This document shows, piece by piece, positions 44,589-53,271 of a stretch of 53,271 bases of DNA (positions are counted from its first letter, which is position 1; every line of letters starts with the position of its first letter). The notes below the pieces were generated by a model that saw only the letters and a program-made list of their open reading frames with translations, did no database searches and had not been told where the DNA came from. This stretch comes from a virus (taxonomy: Duplodnaviria; Caudoviricetes). The stretch lies in the IMG/VR virus record IMGVR_UViG_3300034374_002820, positions 1-53,271 of that record; one strand, given 5' to 3'. The position numbers and the translations under genes were made by a program.

Positions 44589-45788
44589 ATGTCATCATAC
44601 ACATCCAGAATCAGACTAGAAAAACAGATCCCCGGTCAAAACGAAAACACATGGGGCACTGTCCTTAACGATAACGTCATTGATCTTGTCGATGATTCTA
44701 TCGCAGCCTACACCACGATCACCGTATCATCTGTTGATGTTACTCTGACGCAGTCGAACGGTGCTTCTGATCAGGCACGTAGTGCATTCCTAGATATCTC
44801 GGGAACCTTGACCAGCAACGTCAATGTCCTTATCCCTGCCCTTTCAAAAGGCTACGATGTTCGTAATTCCACATCTGGTTCTTTCACCGTTAACATGAAG
44901 ACCGCCACGGGCTCTGGACAAATTATCCCACAAGGCCAGAGTATCGGTGTTGTATGTGATGGCGTCTCAGTACGTGACATCGAAACACCCGGCATCCGAT
45001 CCACATCAAACGTGGTTAATGTATCCGTGGGAACCTCTTTGATTGACATTAAAGTTCCTGTGGCAATTTCGGGAACTGTCTCCATTGGAGGAGGCATTGC
45101 TGTATCTGGTTCTTCAACATTCTCCAGCAATATCACCATGAACGCCCAGAGTGATGTAAGATTTGCTGATGCTGATAGTTCAAACTACATCGCCCTACAG
45201 GCACCAACCTCTGTTTCAGCCAATGTTACCTTTTCGCTCCCTGCCGCAGATGGTTCATCTGGAGATGTCCTTCAAACAGACGGCAGCGGAAACCTAAGCT
45301 TTACTCCTTCCGTTCCAGCGGGTTCTGTTATGCCTTATGCAGGATCAACGGCCCCTTCTGGCTGGCTCCTTTCTTATGGTCAGGCAATCAGCAGATCAAC
45401 CTATGCAACCCTGTTTGCAGCCATCGGGACCACGTATGGTGTTGGTGACGGGGCAACAACATTCAACGTCCCCGATCTTAGAGGTCGCCTTGTTGCTGGT
45501 CAGGATGACATGGGTGGTACTTCTGCTGATCGTCTCACAGGTCAATCTGGTGGTGTTAATGGCGATACCCTTGGTGCATCTGGCGGCGCTGAGACCCATA
45601 CACTAACACCCGGGGAATTACCAACAGCAGCCACTTACCAGAGACAAACCAGCAACGGTGGTCAGGGCGGTGTATCATCATCCGGTCTTGCACAAAATCC
45701 GGCATATATTCCACTAGTAGGGGCTAATGACGAGGCGCATAACAACGTACAGCCAACAATTATTCTCAATTATATCATTAAGACATAA
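44589..45788 (+). CDS. Tail fibre with phage tail-collar domain
   Basis: G.NENTWG...N N-terminus; VPAGSVMPYAG..APSGWL...GQAISR.TYA.LFAAIGTTYG.GDG.TTFNVPDLRGR; HNNVQP...LNYIIK. Confidence 0.88.
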   Translation: MSSYTSRIRLEKQIPGQNENTWGTVLNDNVIDLVDDSIAAYTTITVSSVDVTLTQSNGASDQARSAFLDISGTLTSNVNVLIPALSKGYDVRNSTSGSFTVNMKTATGSGQIIPQGQSIGVVCDGVSVRDIETPGIRSTSNVVNVSVGTSLIDIKVPVAISGTVSIGGGIAVSGSSTFSSNITMNAQSDVRFADADSSNYIALQAPTSVSANVTFSLPAADGSSGDVLQTDGSGNLSFTPSVPAGSVMPYAGSTAPSGWLLSYGQAISRSTYATLFAAIGTTYGVGDGATTFNVPDLRGRLVAGQDDMGGTSADRLTGQSGGVNGDTLGASGGAETHTLTPGELPTAATYQRQTSNGGQGGVSSSGLAQNPAYIPLVGANDEAHNNVQPTIILNYIIKT

Positions 45789-45791
45789 CCC

Positions 45792-46466
45792 ATGCCTGAT
45801 ATTATTCTAGTAGGCGGACTACTAACTCCACCGCCACCACCACCACCCCCGCCACCTCCTCCACCTCCACCCCCGCCACCAGCAATGACCTGTTTTGCCA
45901 GCGATACTCTAATATTGATGGGTGATCTTTCATGGAAACAGATCAACGAAGTCGAAGTCGGAGATTACGTAATCTCGATGTCTGGCAAACCTGTTGAGGT
46001 TCTGGAGAACAAACCTGTCCCTGTATCCAAAGGACGACGGATGATGAGCCTACATCGTAAAAGACAGAGTAAACCCTTACGCTTCAGTGATGACCATGAC
46101 ATGTGGATCAGAGACGACAACGGGGTTGAACGCTGGGGTGTCTATAATTATAACTGGTGGCTATTGGAAGACCGTGGCTATGCCGAATCTTCCGAGGAAA
46201 ACTTCCCCGGTGAAAGCCCCTATGACTACGAACACATTGGTAAAGCAACGATGCCTCTCTTATACGGGAAACAGTACGAATTCGCCACCATCGATGGCTG
46301 GGAAAAGACCGAGGCAACATGGGATTCTGAACAAGACCCCGAAGAAATTATCCATGGCCTGTTACTAAAATCTGGTGGTGGATATATAGTAGATGGATTT
46401 GTAGGGATTTCACAGTGGTGCAGAACAGAGGACATTCGGGATATTCAATGGAAAGGTCTACCCTAG
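45792..46466 (+). CDS. Polyproline leader fused to a stand-alone Hint (hedgehog/intein) domain
   Basis: 18 consecutive Pro codons (45828-45881), then CFASDT.I.M.D...K.I.EV.VGD.V (block A), S.DH (block B), YIVDG (block G-like). Confidence 0.8.
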   Translation: MPDIILVGGLLTPPPPPPPPPPPPPPPPPPAMTCFASDTLILMGDLSWKQINEVEVGDYVISMSGKPVEVLENKPVPVSKGRRMMSLHRKRQSKPLRFSDDHDMWIRDDNGVERWGVYNYNWWLLEDRGYAESSEENFPGESPYDYEHIGKATMPLLYGKQYEFATIDGWEKTEATWDSEQDPEEIIHGLLLKSGGGYIVDGFVGISQWCRTEDIRDIQWKGLP

Positions 46467-47089
46467 TCTGTGGTCTTTATAGATCAGGTACCACATATCT
46501 TCAAACCATTCTTGATCCTGATAATACGCATACCGAGTACAAGCACGAGTTTGTCAGGACAGACATCCCAGACAAGATTAAATCCATGGACAGGGTAATT
46601 ATTCATAAGTCCCCGTACAAATGGATCGACAGCATCATCTCTCAATCATGGGAACTTGGTGATCACTACAGAGTCCATTACGAAAAAGGACACACCAAGA
46701 TCAGATGCGCCACAAGCCGGACACTCAGGGATACACCCGATATTGTCGAAGAGTATAAGACATACAGTTTGGAAAACATCTGTGATCTCTACAACAGATT
46801 TTTCCACTTCTGGTTATCAGATCCTTTTTCCTCAGTTATTAAATTTGTAAAATACCGGGATCTTATCAGTGACCCCGTCACAACACTGAAGAATCTTGAT
46901 ACCAGAATAGATCCAGACGGCTTACCTATAAAAGTTTCTGGTTCTTTTGAATTTACCCCTGAAAGAAAAAGAATGGCTCTGGACCCACGTATGTCGTATA
47001 ATATGACACCAGACATGTCGCATATCATAAAGAACAACGTAGACAAGAGTATATTAAAATCTCTTAATTACACAGGAGTGTTTGAGTAA
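46448..47089 (+). CDS. Sulfotransferase-like (P-loop) protein
   Basis: VCGLYRSGTTYL (5'-PSB-like), KH, KSPYKWIDS (3'-PB-like), VKYRDL..DP. Confidence 0.7.
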   Translation: MERSTLVCGLYRSGTTYLQTILDPDNTHTEYKHEFVRTDIPDKIKSMDRVIIHKSPYKWIDSIISQSWELGDHYRVHYEKGHTKIRCATSRTLRDTPDIVEEYKTYSLENICDLYNRFFHFWLSDPFSSVIKFVKYRDLISDPVTTLKNLDTRIDPDGLPIKVSGSFEFTPERKRMALDPRMSYNMTPDMSHIIKNNVDKSILKSLNYTGVFE

Positions 47090-47862
47090 TGCCCGTATCA
47101 TACGCTGAAAAACTAGCTGTAGTCATGGAGAACACTATTCTCCCTGATTGGAAAGTACTGGTGTCTTCTTACTTTGAAACAGAGACCGTTAATCGAGAGT
47201 CTGTTTTAGATGCACTCTATAATAACTATAATAGAATCAGGTGTGTTCAGGGAAGACCTATTCTTCCCAGCATTATCAGAGATTTTTCCTATATTGGTTG
47301 GGATAAGGACATGGAGCCGACCCCTCCTTTTACTGATCCTAATGAGGAATGGACCAACGGAGAAATTATTAAATACAGTTGGTTAAAAGGCCGGGGGTCA
47401 ACCTCCCCACTGGACTACTCGAATTACTGGCAAGATAAGAGGGTATGCGACATAGGCTGTGGGACTGGGACCTCAACTATCATCACACACAAACTGGGGA
47501 GTGTTAATGCTGTCTACGAAGGTCTGGACGAATCCCAAGTGATCGCAGCTTGTAATTTCGTCTTACTTAATTATGACGTAAGATTTTTTTCAGAGGTGGC
47601 CTCCATAGAAACTATTGATATGTCTTACGATACCTATATCATGTCCCGTATTTTTTATGGTGGGTGGGCTCAAAAGAATTTGGATCTGGGTAGATTTTTA
47701 CGAGACGAGGGAAAAGAAGTTCTTATCGCATCAAAGTCTCTTGTTGAAGGTACGAATCCTGAGACCACCTTAAACCCCTCAGAATATGAAATTCTTTTAG
47801 ATATCCCCCTCATATCAGACCCTGTGGGTTTTGGTAATAGATACGTTGTAAAACTAGTATGA
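47089..47862 (+). CDS. Class I SAM-dependent methyltransferase
   Basis: KRVCDIGCGTG motif I; TAATG-coupled. Confidence 0.75.
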   Translation: MPVSYAEKLAVVMENTILPDWKVLVSSYFETETVNRESVLDALYNNYNRIRCVQGRPILPSIIRDFSYIGWDKDMEPTPPFTDPNEEWTNGEIIKYSWLKGRGSTSPLDYSNYWQDKRVCDIGCGTGTSTIITHKLGSVNAVYEGLDESQVIAACNFVLLNYDVRFFSEVASIETIDMSYDTYIMSRIFYGGWAQKNLDLGRFLRDEGKEVLIASKSLVEGTNPETTLNPSEYEILLDIPLISDPVGFGNRYVVKLV

Positions 47863-49007
47863 TAAAGATTTACCCGGTGATATCTGATTCAGTCAAATCA
47901 GTTGATATAGTCCCTGCCACTAAAACCAGAGATTGGTTTTCCCCTCACTCTTATAAATGCACACCCCTTACTTGTGCGAATACCCTTGGATGGGACTTGG
48001 TACTAAATGAATCAATCACTGTCGAATGGGACGGGGGTGTCTACAAAGACAATCTCACGGTCCTAGAAGGTCACGGTGCAAAGAGCCACTTCGGAATAGG
48101 GACATTCACTCTAGACCCCGGATATGTCTGGCGCACTGATGAGAACATTAATCTCATGGTTATGCCAGTTCCTAACACAGACAACACAGATATTCAAACG
48201 ATGTCCGCAGTCATCGAGACTGATTGGTTATCGTACCCATGGTTTCTGACAATCAGGGTCATTAACAAAGGAAAAACCACAATCCCAAAAGGTACCCCCG
48301 TTGCCCGTGTTATTCCTGTGGACACCGGAACCATCGAAAATACCAAGATTTATAAAATGTGTGAACCGGACAGTGTCCGCAAAGAACGAGAAGTATTGAC
48401 AGACAAACGTGACAAAGCAGATGAGTGGACAAAAGATTATTTTAAAAAAGCACGTAGGTTTGTCCGGTGTTCTCCTGTTATAGACTATAACGATAGTTTC
48501 AAGATACTAGAAGAAAACGATATTCACTCTAAAGAATCTTTCTTAGACACAGACGAATGTTCTTATTTAATCAGAAACTGGGTTCCTGAAAACCCTGATG
48601 ACACTTCTGATCTTTGGAGAAACAAGATGTGCTGGTCAACCATTGAGGCAAATAAAGGAGTTATTGAGGAAAGACTATTACAATTCGCCCAGCAAAAAAC
48701 TGGTCTCGACCTATCAATATTAAACCCACATACTGTAAGGTGGGGCAAAGGGGATGAGATGTTAGTACATGATGATCTAGGTGAGCACCGAGAATTTCCT
48801 AACAGGCATTTTGCTGCTATAGTTTATCTTAATGAAGATTATGAAGGAGGTGAGCTTGTATTTCCACATCTTGGCTTAGGGATAAAAGGACATACGGGGG
48901 AACTTATTCTTTTTAGAGGCGGCTCTGTCATGCACAGAGTAAACATGATTACATCGGGTAATCGTTATACTCTTGTATGTTGGTTTGGTATAAAAGAGAG
49001 TGACTAA
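47859..49007 (+). CDS. DUF6065-like domain fused to a 2OG-Fe(II) oxygenase (prolyl 4-hydroxylase-like)
   Basis: N-part RDW...Y.C.PL..AN..GW, ETDW; C-part HDD, IVYLNEDYEGGEL.F, H.V..ITSG.RY. Confidence 0.85.
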   Translation: MIKIYPVISDSVKSVDIVPATKTRDWFSPHSYKCTPLTCANTLGWDLVLNESITVEWDGGVYKDNLTVLEGHGAKSHFGIGTFTLDPGYVWRTDENINLMVMPVPNTDNTDIQTMSAVIETDWLSYPWFLTIRVINKGKTTIPKGTPVARVIPVDTGTIENTKIYKMCEPDSVRKEREVLTDKRDKADEWTKDYFKKARRFVRCSPVIDYNDSFKILEENDIHSKESFLDTDECSYLIRNWVPENPDDTSDLWRNKMCWSTIEANKGVIEERLLQFAQQKTGLDLSILNPHTVRWGKGDEMLVHDDLGEHREFPNRHFAAIVYLNEDYEGGELVFPHLGLGIKGHTGELILFRGGSVMHRVNMITSGNRYTLVCWFGIKESD

Positions 49008-49009
49008 AA

Positions 49010-49222
49010 ATGGCTAATTTCACAGACAGAGAACTGGGTAATATGGAGGCTAGGATTGTTCTTCTTGAGAAAGAACTGAGTGCCGTCCGAAACGACACCC
49101 GTAAAATTCTTCTTACTCTCTCAGAAGCACAAGGTGGCTGGAAAACATTGATGATGCTCTCCGGATTCTCCGCTGCTCTTGGGGGTATCATATCTCAAGT
49201 TTTCCTAAATTTTCCGAGATAA
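49010..49222 (+). CDS. Small coiled-coil membrane protein (holin/XhlA-like)
   Basis: Coiled coil, GGW, C-terminal hydrophobic helix. Confidence 0.55.
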   Translation: MANFTDRELGNMEARIVLLEKELSAVRNDTRKILLTLSEAQGGWKTLMMLSGFSAALGGIISQVFLNFPR

Positions 49223-49228
49223 TCTAAC

Positions 49229-51067
49229 ATGTCAACAGACACAATCACAACAAAATTTAAATTTGCCCCTACTCTTCTTCGTGATGATACACAATACGAG
49301 GCCGAGGGCGGCTGGTATGACGGTAACCGTATCCGGTTTCGTAATAGCAACCCTGAAAATATCCGGGGTTGGAACAAACGAGTTCTTGGTGAATTGACAG
49401 GAACTCCTCGTGACATCGAGATTTGGTCAGGACTAAATCAAACAAACTATATTGCATGGGGAACAAACAATGCACTTCAAATTTACGAGGGCGGTTCAGT
49501 CTCTGACATTACCCCTATTACTTCAACTACATCCTTGGTCAACCAGATTAGCACCTCCGTTGGTTCTTCATCTATTCTTGTATCTTTGACAGGCCACACC
49601 AGAGTAGCGGGTGACCGTGTCGCATTTGTCTCGATGGCTGCAACAGTCGGCAACAACGTTTTCCTAAATTCCATGTTTACCATTACCACTGCATCAGACG
49701 CTAATCATTTTTCTTTTACATACACAACCGTGGCCGCTGCAACATCTGCCAACGTTGGTACAGTGACCCTTCAATACTTACTAAAGTCAGGGTCCCGGTA
49801 TAATACCAACGGCCTCGGCTGGGGCGCTGGCACCTACGGCACGGGAACATACGGTACTCCTGCCTCTACATCAAATATTACTTTACGTATGCGTAACTGG
49901 AGCATGGACACCTTTGGAGAGGATCTTCTGGCGAATCCCCGTGGAGGCTCAATCTATCTCTGGGATGCAACATCAGGTACTGACGTAAGGGCGCAAATTG
50001 TCTCGGCTGCTCCTGTGTCTGTCAACAGTATCATAGTCTCAGAAAAATCGAGACACGTCATTGCCTTGGGTTGTAATGACGTATCCGGTAATTTCGATCC
50101 TATGCTGATCAGGTGGTCTGATCAGGAAGACTATGACGTATGGACGCCAACAGTCACGAACGCCGCAGGTGATTTCCGAATCCAGAGGGGAACACAGATC
50201 AATCAGGGTGTCTATTCCAGAGGCGGTGTCCTTGTACTAACAGACTCGGCCCTGTACGGCATGGTTTACGTCGGACAGCCCTATATCTTTGCCACGGATA
50301 TTCTTGGTGACGGTTGTGGTTCGATCTCACCCCATGCAGCAAAAGATTTTAATGGTAGTTTGTATTGGATGGGTGAGAGCAACTTCTTTGTCTTCAACGG
50401 TCAGGTACAGGTTCTCCCGTCATCTGCCAGAAAATATGTTTTCTCAGACTTTAATTTCTCTCAGAAAGAAAAAGTATTCTGTGGTATCAACACAGAATTT
50501 TCTGAGATTACATGGCTATACCCATCTGCTGATTCGCAAGAGTGTAATAAATATATCTCATACAGCCCCGTGGAAAACTATTGGGTCTTCGGCGATGCCT
50601 ACTGGACAACATGGGATTATGGGGCGGACATCTTTGGAAATATTATTACCACAGGTGTCTCGGCTGGTGTTGCTTATCTTTATAACAACGAGCCCCCCAA
50701 CACTTACAGTGCTGTCATCGGAGATAACCAGTTAATCGGATACGAATCCTTTATTCAGAGTGGTGACTTCGATCTCGGGGACGGTGACGATCTCTTGTTT
50801 GCCGATAAATTTATCCCGGACTTTGAACTCACCGACCCCGGTGGAATCAACAACGACCCCGAGGTCAACATCCTGATGGGTGCTAAACAATACCCCACGG
50901 CAACAACAGTATCCAAAGGTCCCTTTGTTGTCTCGGCATCGACCCGATTCCAGAACATCAGACTCCGGGGAAGACAGGCAAACCTCAGGATATCCACAAG
51001 TGCTGTCGGCACTTCATGGAGGCTCGGCACATTCAGACTTGATCTGGTACCGGATGGGAAACGCTAA
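49229..51067 (+). CDS. Tail nozzle / tubular protein B-like
   Basis: Y.AEGGW.D...IRF, WS.D.FGEDL, IRWSDQE, F.EI.W.YPS, RLRGRQ, WRLG..RLD..PDG.R; beta-propeller-like. Confidence 0.75.
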   Translation: MSTDTITTKFKFAPTLLRDDTQYEAEGGWYDGNRIRFRNSNPENIRGWNKRVLGELTGTPRDIEIWSGLNQTNYIAWGTNNALQIYEGGSVSDITPITSTTSLVNQISTSVGSSSILVSLTGHTRVAGDRVAFVSMAATVGNNVFLNSMFTITTASDANHFSFTYTTVAAATSANVGTVTLQYLLKSGSRYNTNGLGWGAGTYGTGTYGTPASTSNITLRMRNWSMDTFGEDLLANPRGGSIYLWDATSGTDVRAQIVSAAPVSVNSIIVSEKSRHVIALGCNDVSGNFDPMLIRWSDQEDYDVWTPTVTNAAGDFRIQRGTQINQGVYSRGGVLVLTDSALYGMVYVGQPYIFATDILGDGCGSISPHAAKDFNGSLYWMGESNFFVFNGQVQVLPSSARKYVFSDFNFSQKEKVFCGINTEFSEITWLYPSADSQECNKYISYSPVENYWVFGDAYWTTWDYGADIFGNIITTGVSAGVAYLYNNEPPNTYSAVIGDNQLIGYESFIQSGDFDLGDGDDLLFADKFIPDFELTDPGGINNDPEVNILMGAKQYPTATTVSKGPFVVSASTRFQNIRLRGRQANLRISTSAVGTSWRLGTFRLDLVPDGKR

Positions 51068-51069
51068 GG

Positions 51070-51357
51070 ATGTCTATTGATGTAGGAAAATCAGGAAAAT
51101 TCTTTGTCAGATATCCGGGGGCACCGAGAAGTGCAACCCCCGAGATGCAAGGGGCGTGGTCCCAGCTTATCAGAAATCTGGAACTGCGGGATAATCAGAG
51201 TAATATTGAGGCTGCTTCTCAGGAGCCTTATGTTATTTCAAATGTATCTGTGAATAGAACATATGATGTAAGTGCGGGTCAAATCTCGGTCTCTGTTGTT
51301 GCAAATGCACTGGGGACTTTATTGCAGGATCTTAAACTAAAAGGTATTATAGGATGA
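51070..51357 (+). CDS. Small virion protein
   Basis: 95-aa ORF ending LGTLLQDLK.KGII directly after the nozzle gene. Confidence 0.6.
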   Translation: MSIDVGKSGKFFVRYPGAPRSATPEMQGAWSQLIRNLELRDNQSNIEAASQEPYVISNVSVNRTYDVSAGQISVSVVANALGTLLQDLKLKGIIG

Positions 51358-51376
51358 TTAACAGGGAAATTTACTG

Positions 51377-53271
51377 ATGAGGCTCCAGAAACGCAATTAC
51401 AAGGCAGGTGGCAATGTCGGACTTGGCGGTGGGCTGGGTGATGATAGAGGTCTGGACTCCCGCAGAGACAACGCAGGAGATGGGTCACCCAATGTGGGTG
51501 TCGGTAATGCACCCGGAAACGCTCCATCTGGAAGTCCGGCCGACAATCCCGACGCAGGACAAGTACGCTCCGGCGGTTATGGCAAATCAGGAGTTGCCCA
51601 TGGCTATGACGGTACATCAGCGAATGCGATTGCGGCAGGAAGACCACAGTTAGGGGACTTGGGTCTATCTTTTGATCTAGGCAACCTAGGTTTGGCCGAT
51701 GTAGCCAAGGCAGTAGGTGGTTTGGCGCTGGGTGCTAATCCTTTGGGAATAGCTGCCGGTCTGGGTGCCAGTGCTCTAGGTCTCTCTCTTGGTGATTTAA
51801 CTGATTTCGATTTTAGTTCAGGAACGCCGGGTCCTCCCCAAGGCAAAGGACCGGGAAACGACCAAGGAACAGGCGGTGGTCCCGAAGGCCCTGCTCGGCC
51901 AACGAATCCGGGTATCCCTACCTTTGGGCCTACTGCTCCTGCAACAGAACCAGCTTCACCCCAAGCCTTACGAGAAGCCGCTGATATTCAGAATTATCTC
52001 TCGGATCTTCAGAGAATTGCACTGGGTCAATCAGATTCCCGTGCAGCCCTTGAAAGATTTGGGGTATCGCCAGAACAGGCAATGTTTAATTACCGGAAAT
52101 CTTTCCCAGAGTTTGGAGACTCTATGTCAAATTTATCCCTTGCCGAAATTATCAAAAGATTGGGGAATATGTCCCCGAATCCCGCACCTTTTGCAGAAGG
52201 TGGCCGGGTAGGTGATGAACGTGTCCGTCCCCGCCCTGACACAACAAGTGATCCTTCGGTCACAGATGATTCGGTATCCACAGACCTCTCACGGTTTACT
52301 AAGATGCTCAAGGATCTTATGATGATGCCCTCTGGGGCAGTTGATAGTCAAGGTAGAGAGAATTCTTTCGGTGCTATTGATAAGCCCCAAGCTCGTAGAC
52401 CCCTTATCCCCGGTGGTCTTATTCCCCCTGAGACAGGATCTCCCCGCTACGGTGGCGATGCCGAGGCATTCAGATTTAAGGAACAATTCGATGTAACAGC
52501 CGGTAGCCCCCTAAATATTATCCCAGAAGGTGCCCGTCCTGAGATTGAAGTAGAGCGTTTAGCTCCCCCCGTAGCTCCTGCCGAGTCTACTCCCACGATG
52601 GATAGCGAATTCAATCTTTCTAGAAGAGAGCTGACTGCATTCAACACTCTTACAAGAGAAGGCTTCTCTGGAAGAGAGGCAATGGATCGTGTGAAGCGCA
52701 TGACACCCGAACAATTAGATCTAATGGTCGAGGTGGCTAATTCTCCCGACGGTTTTAAGAATGGTGGTGAAACCCGACGACCTGCCCCCGGCTTACTTCT
52801 AGAGAATCCTCAACGAACCATAACGGTGGAAGAGGCGGTAAGAGACAGAATGGAGTCTCGGGGTTTAACTCAAGAGGAAGCTGTACAAGAGTTGCAAGCT
52901 CTATTTAGAAAATCCTACCCAATGTCTGAGACGGTCCCAGACTTTTCATTTGCCAAGGGTGGCAACACCCAACGGCCTTTCCCCGGCTTACTTCAAGATA
53001 ATCCTCAGCGAACCGTAACGGTGGAAGAGGCGGTAAGAGACAGGATGGAGTCTCGGGGTTTAACTCAAGAGGAAGCTGTAAAAGAGTTGCAAGCTCTATT
53101 TAGAAAATCCTACCCAATGTCTGAGACGGTCCCAGACTTTTCATTTGCCGGTGGTGGCTCAGTCCGTGGACGCAGAGACGCACTACCCTTGGTCGAGGGC
53201 GACCACGTCGTACCTGCCCATGCGGTAAAAGGTAACGAGGGTGGCCTTGCAGCCCTATCCAAAAAGCTCAT
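51377..53271 (+). CDS. Putative internal virion protein, 3'-truncated (>630 aa; absent from the ORF track)
   Basis: Read by hand: open from ATG 51377 (MRLQKRNYKAGGNV...) to the window end; Gly/Pro-rich; five [FY]xxGG motifs; ends ...DALPLVEGDHVVPAHAV. Confidence 0.8.
   Translation, partial: MRLQKRNYKAGGNVGLGGGLGDDRGLDSRRDNAGDGSPNVGVGNAPGNAPSGSPADNPDAGQVRSGGYGKSGVAHGYDGTSANAIAAGRPQLGDLGLSFDLGNLGLADVAKAVGGLALGANPLGIAAGLGASALGLSLGDLTDFDFSSGTPGPPQGKGPGNDQGTGGGPEGPARPTNPGIPTFGPTAPATEPASPQALREAADIQNYLSDLQRIALGQSDSRAALERFGVSPEQAMFNYRKSFPEFGDSMSNLSLAEIIKRLGNMSPNPAPFAEGGRVGDERVRPRPDTTSDPSVTDDSVSTDLSRFTKMLKDLMMMPSGAVDSQGRENSFGAIDKPQARRPLIPGGLIPPETGSPRYGGDAEAFRFKEQFDVTAGSPLNIIPEGARPEIEVERLAPPVAPAESTPTMDSEFNLSRRELTAFNTLTREGFSGREAMDRVKRMTPEQLDLMVEVANSPDGFKNGGETRRPAPGLLLENPQRTITVEEAVRDRMESRGLTQEEAVQELQALFRKSYPMSETVPDFSFAKGGNTQRPFPGLLQDNPQRTVTVEEAVRDRMESRGLTQEEAVKELQALFRKSYPMSETVPDFSFAGGGSVRGRRDALPLVEGDHVVPAHAVKGNEGGLAALSKKL
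52754..53158 (+). repeat. 195-bp (65 aa) coding tandem duplication
   Basis: Near-identical PGLL..NPQRT.TVEEAVRDRMESRGLTQEEAV.ELQALFRKSYPMSETVPDFS units; FxxGG at 52754, 52949 and 53144. Confidence 0.9.

Larger units (their letters stand above)
1..53271. mobile_element. Tailed dsDNA phage genome (podovirus-like, T7-type replisome without RNAP), near-complete and circularly permuted
   Basis: Terminase, portal, capsid, tail and ejection genes on +; primase-helicase, PolA, SSB and RNR on -; both window ends fall inside open virion-protein ORFs; no host housekeeping genes. Confidence 0.95.

Noticed and set aside
45891-46466. Classical intein interrupting a gene
   Set aside because: No conserved host protein on either side, no terminal His-Asn followed by Cys/Ser/Thr, and no endonuclease domain.
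51408-52701. Several short ORFs listed in the track (51408, 51604, 51876, 52090, 52289, 52447)
   Set aside because: They are shadows of one long plus-strand frame from 51377 that runs off the window end.

Overview
The whole window is a near-complete, circularly permuted genome of a tailed dsDNA phage, most likely a podovirus of an alphaproteobacterial host (host inferred from GTTC-N7-GTTC SOS boxes; spanins indicate a Gram-negative host). The minus-strand arm (~25.8 kb to 6.7 kb) carries early genes, T7-like replication genes (primase-helicase, family A DNA polymerase, SSB, exonuclease; no RNA polymerase), nucleotide-metabolism genes (class II RNR, ThyX, deaminase, MazG), tRNA-Arg(UCU), a sugar-modification set (Gmd, two glycosyltransferase genes) and a holin/spanin cassette with no endolysin. 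The plus-strand arm (28.1 kb to 53.3 kb, continuing at 1-6.7 kb) carries terminase, portal, GroES, scaffold, capsid, tail, fibre and ejection proteins. No integrase or CI-type repressor is visible. Most unusual observations: (1) about 12 alphaproteobacterial LexA-type boxes plus two Fur/Irr-like boxes packed into the divergent control region; (2) a portal protein with a C-terminal GH24 lysozyme-like domain; (3) a recurring [FY]xxGG motif that marks module boundaries in the portal and internal virion proteins; (4) a coupled cassette of polyproline-Hint protein, sulfotransferase, methyltransferase and prolyl-hydroxylase-like oxygenase beside the tail fibre. All family assignments come from motif recognition by eye; no database searches were run.
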